Shown in pieces: positions 61,298-64,000 of a stretch of DNA of 64,000 nucleotides. The position numbers and the translations under genes were made by a program. The stretch's first letter is position 1. The number at the start of each line of letters is the position of its first letter. Source of the stretch: the human T2T-CHM13v2.0 reference genome, Homo sapiens. The DNA lies in NCBI RefSeq assembly GCF_009914755.1, contig NC_060929.1; one strand, written 5' to 3'. Under the pieces are notes generated by a model that ran no database searches, was not told the DNA's origin, and was given only the letters and a program-made list of their open reading frames with translations.

Positions 61298-62020
61298 TTT
61301 TTAAAAATTTTAAATTAAAAAATTTTTAAAATTTTACATTTTAAAAATTATTTATTTATTTATTTAATTTTTATTTTAAGTTCAGGGGTACATGTGCAGA
61401 TTTGTTATATAGGTAAGCTTGTGTCATGGGGGTTTGTTGTATAGATTATTTAGTCACGAGGTGTTAAGCCTAGTACCCATCAGTTGTTTTTCTTGATCCC
61501 CTCCCCACTCCTACCCTCCACACTCTGATAGGCCCCAGTGTCTGTTGGTCCCCTGCATGTGTCCATGTGTTCTCATCATTTAGCTCCTACTTATAAGTGA
61601 GAACATGTGGCATTTGGTTTTCTGTTCCTGCCTTAGTTTGCTAAGGATAATGACCTCCAGCTTCATACATGTTCCTGCAAAGGACATGATTTTGTTCTTT
61701 TTTTATGGCTGCATAGTATTCCATGATGTATATATACCACCTTTTCTTTATCCAGTCTACCATTGATAGGGATTTAGACTGGTTCCATATCTTTGCTCTT
61801 GTGATTAGTGCTGCAATGAACATACACATGTGTGTGTCTTGATAACAGAATAATTTATATTCCTTTAGATATATACCCAGTAATGGGATTCCTGGGTCGA
61901 GTGGTATTTCTGTTTTTAGGTCTTTGAGGAATTGCCACACTGTCTTCCACAATGGCTGAACTAATTTACACTCCCACCAACAGTGTATAAGTGTTCCTTT
62001 TTCTCCACAACCTCACCAGC
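61298..62020 (-). mobile_element. 5'-truncated L1PA
   Basis: ORF 61641-61952 WKTVWQFLKDLK is the ORF2 C-terminus. TSD AGAGAGATCTATA at 60975-60987 and 62021-62033. Confidence 0.92.
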
Positions 62021-62979
62021 AGAGAGATCTATATACTTAAGCTGAGCTCAGAGGGCTGAGACTGAGAGCAATTTACAGAGTTTTTCCAGGAGCTGGAGAC
62101 ATAGACACGAAATAACAGACAAGAACTAAGTAAAACATATAGTGTGTTAGGCAATGACAGATGCCTTGGAGAAAAATAAAGCAAGGAGGATGGATAGAAG
62201 TGACGGGGTTTTCATTTTAAATAGGGAGGTAGAAAAGGTCTGTGACATATTCATGTTCAGAAAAAGAGCATCTTCACGAGAGCTGCTTTAGAGCTGCATT
62301 AGAACGCTGCTCCATAGTCAAGGAGAAACTCTTTATGAACTATCAGCCATTCAGCTGACGAACCCTTTAAGGGACTGGCCATTCTGTGAACGGGCTTGCA
62401 GTGGAGAGTAAGGGAGGAGAAGCAGGTGAACACCAGAGAGAGGTTAGTTCAGCCTTGCACCTGCTGACTGGGTGGCGTCCCCAGAAGTGGGATGAGACCA
62501 GGGGAGCTTTCCCAGGTGTCTTTGCTGGGTGAAGGGAGATAGAAGCTCATGCCCGTTGTTCTGACCCAGTTATCCAAGGGTCCCTGTCTCACTCTCGAGT
62601 GTCTGAGTTGGGATGTCAGATTGGTGGTCACTCTCGAGATGCCACCTGGAGCATTAGGGCCTGTGAGCAGGGGCTTAGAAAGGGGAAATAACTCTCTGGA
62701 AGGAAATGGACAGGCCTGCAGAACAAACTCTTTTCCAAATGAAGACCAGCCCTTGGCGACTGGCCCGGTACCCAGGGACAGCAAAGGAAGACAGCCTGTG
62801 AACAGCCCAGTGTCTGGCCTGGAAAACACGTATTTCCACGCCATTTTAAACGGGCAGTTGCTGAATTCATCACTCTGTGTTTCAACAATAGGGACTTAGT
62901 TAATGAAGCGGTTATGGGCAATCCCTGATGGAATCATATTTGTCTTTGCAATGCAGGAAACATGCGATAATGTGTTGAA

Positions 62980-63300
62980 GTGGGGCGGCGGCTCCTCCTC
63001 GCAGAAACCCTCCCCAGTCCCCTACCCCAGAAAGGTTTCCCTTCCCTCCCCTTCCCGCAGGCCCGGGGCTGGTTTGGGGCTCCAGTCTGAGCGCCTCCTC
63101 CGCGACGCGCCACATGGCTGGCACCGGCGCGCCCCCGCGCGGCCGCCTGCGAGAAGCTCACTCTCCGCGGAGGCGAAATCTGGTTTTGATTCAATTAGAT
63201 TAAGTTCAGGGGCAGGGAGGGAGGCTTAGTCCCGGGCCCTGCAGGGACTATAAAAGAGAAGTTTGAGGCTCGTGGGGTGGGGGACGGGGGCACGTGGAGG
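62980..63300. promoter_or_regulatory. Small CpG-rich island with homeodomain motifs and TATA-like box
   Basis: CpG cluster at 63090-63180, TGATTCAATTAGATTAAG at ~63188, TATAAAAG at 63249-63256. Confidence 0.6.
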
Positions 63301-63599
63301 CAGATAAATACAAACATGGGGTTAAGAGTTAACGATTGGAGCCAGACTGTCTAAGTTACTCCCGTGGCCACTGCTAGGGACTTGGATGACTTTGGGCAAG
63401 TCATTAAACTGAACAACGGTAGTGTGGACCTCCCCGGGATGCTGACAGCCTCAGAGAGATAGTATTCAAAGTTGTCCCAACACAGGTTTGGGAGCATAGA
63501 ACATGCTCAGAAAGTGTTCCTTATTAATTTTTATTATTATTACAATCACCAGTGGTCTTTGTATGACATTTAAAAGATTCCAGAACGCACTCTCCCTTC

Positions 63600-64000
63600 T
63601 GTTACTCCATCCCTAACTACTAATGTTAAACTTAATGTCTTTGTAAAAGTAGGAGGGAGAGAAGAAAAAGCATATTAACACATATGTCTGCAAATAAATT
63701 ATCTTCAGCTGCTACCGCACTTGTTTCCCCTTTTACCTAACCCAGACCCAGGAGGAATTGAGGGCACATTATGCCATGTAATTCACATTTAAGTTCATCA
63801 TATATAAAACAAATCAATATTAACTACGCTAATTTCCCTCTGTATTTTCCCGGTGGTGTGGATCGTAAAATAGGCTGGCTTCACGTCCATACCAGCGACT
63901 TCATTAAAGCATCTGGGGAAAATACAACTTGTTATTATAAAGCGGGGCACGGAAGTGTAAATAAGTAAACGGTAATTTGATTTGAGCATAAAGCTCATCC
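63600..64000. promoter_or_regulatory. Candidate enhancer (HOX13/FOX/ETS motifs), runs off the window end
   Basis: AT-rich unique DNA retaining CpGs. TCGTAAAA at 63863, ACGGAAGT at ~63949, TGTAAATA/GTAAAC at ~63956-63970. Confidence 0.5.

Overview
Primate (human-like) intergenic DNA with no credible protein-coding gene. Every long ORF in the track traces to a simple repeat, Alu or L1. Positions 20999-21052 match, from memory, the hsa-mir-4634 hairpin. That would place the window on 5q35.2 just downstream of MSX2 (recalled, not searched). The window is rich in interspersed repeats: about 31 Alus plus a FLAM, several L1s, MIR/L2, MaLR/ERV LTRs and Tigger/MER DNA transposons, often nested with readable target-site duplications (TSDs). 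Notable non-TE content: three orphan CpG-rich islands (~2.3-2.9, 20.4-21.3 and 63.0-63.3 kb), several AT-rich blocks dense in TCF/LEF, SOX, HOX/CDX and FOX motifs (candidate developmental enhancers), a G-free ~2.5 kb (CCCT/CCTT)n polypyrimidine tract with an internal duplication signature, and small VNTRs (36, 28 and 25 bp units). I found no support for a novel coding system or CRISPR-like array. The best leads are regulatory and structural. Repeat subfamily calls are by eye and approximate.
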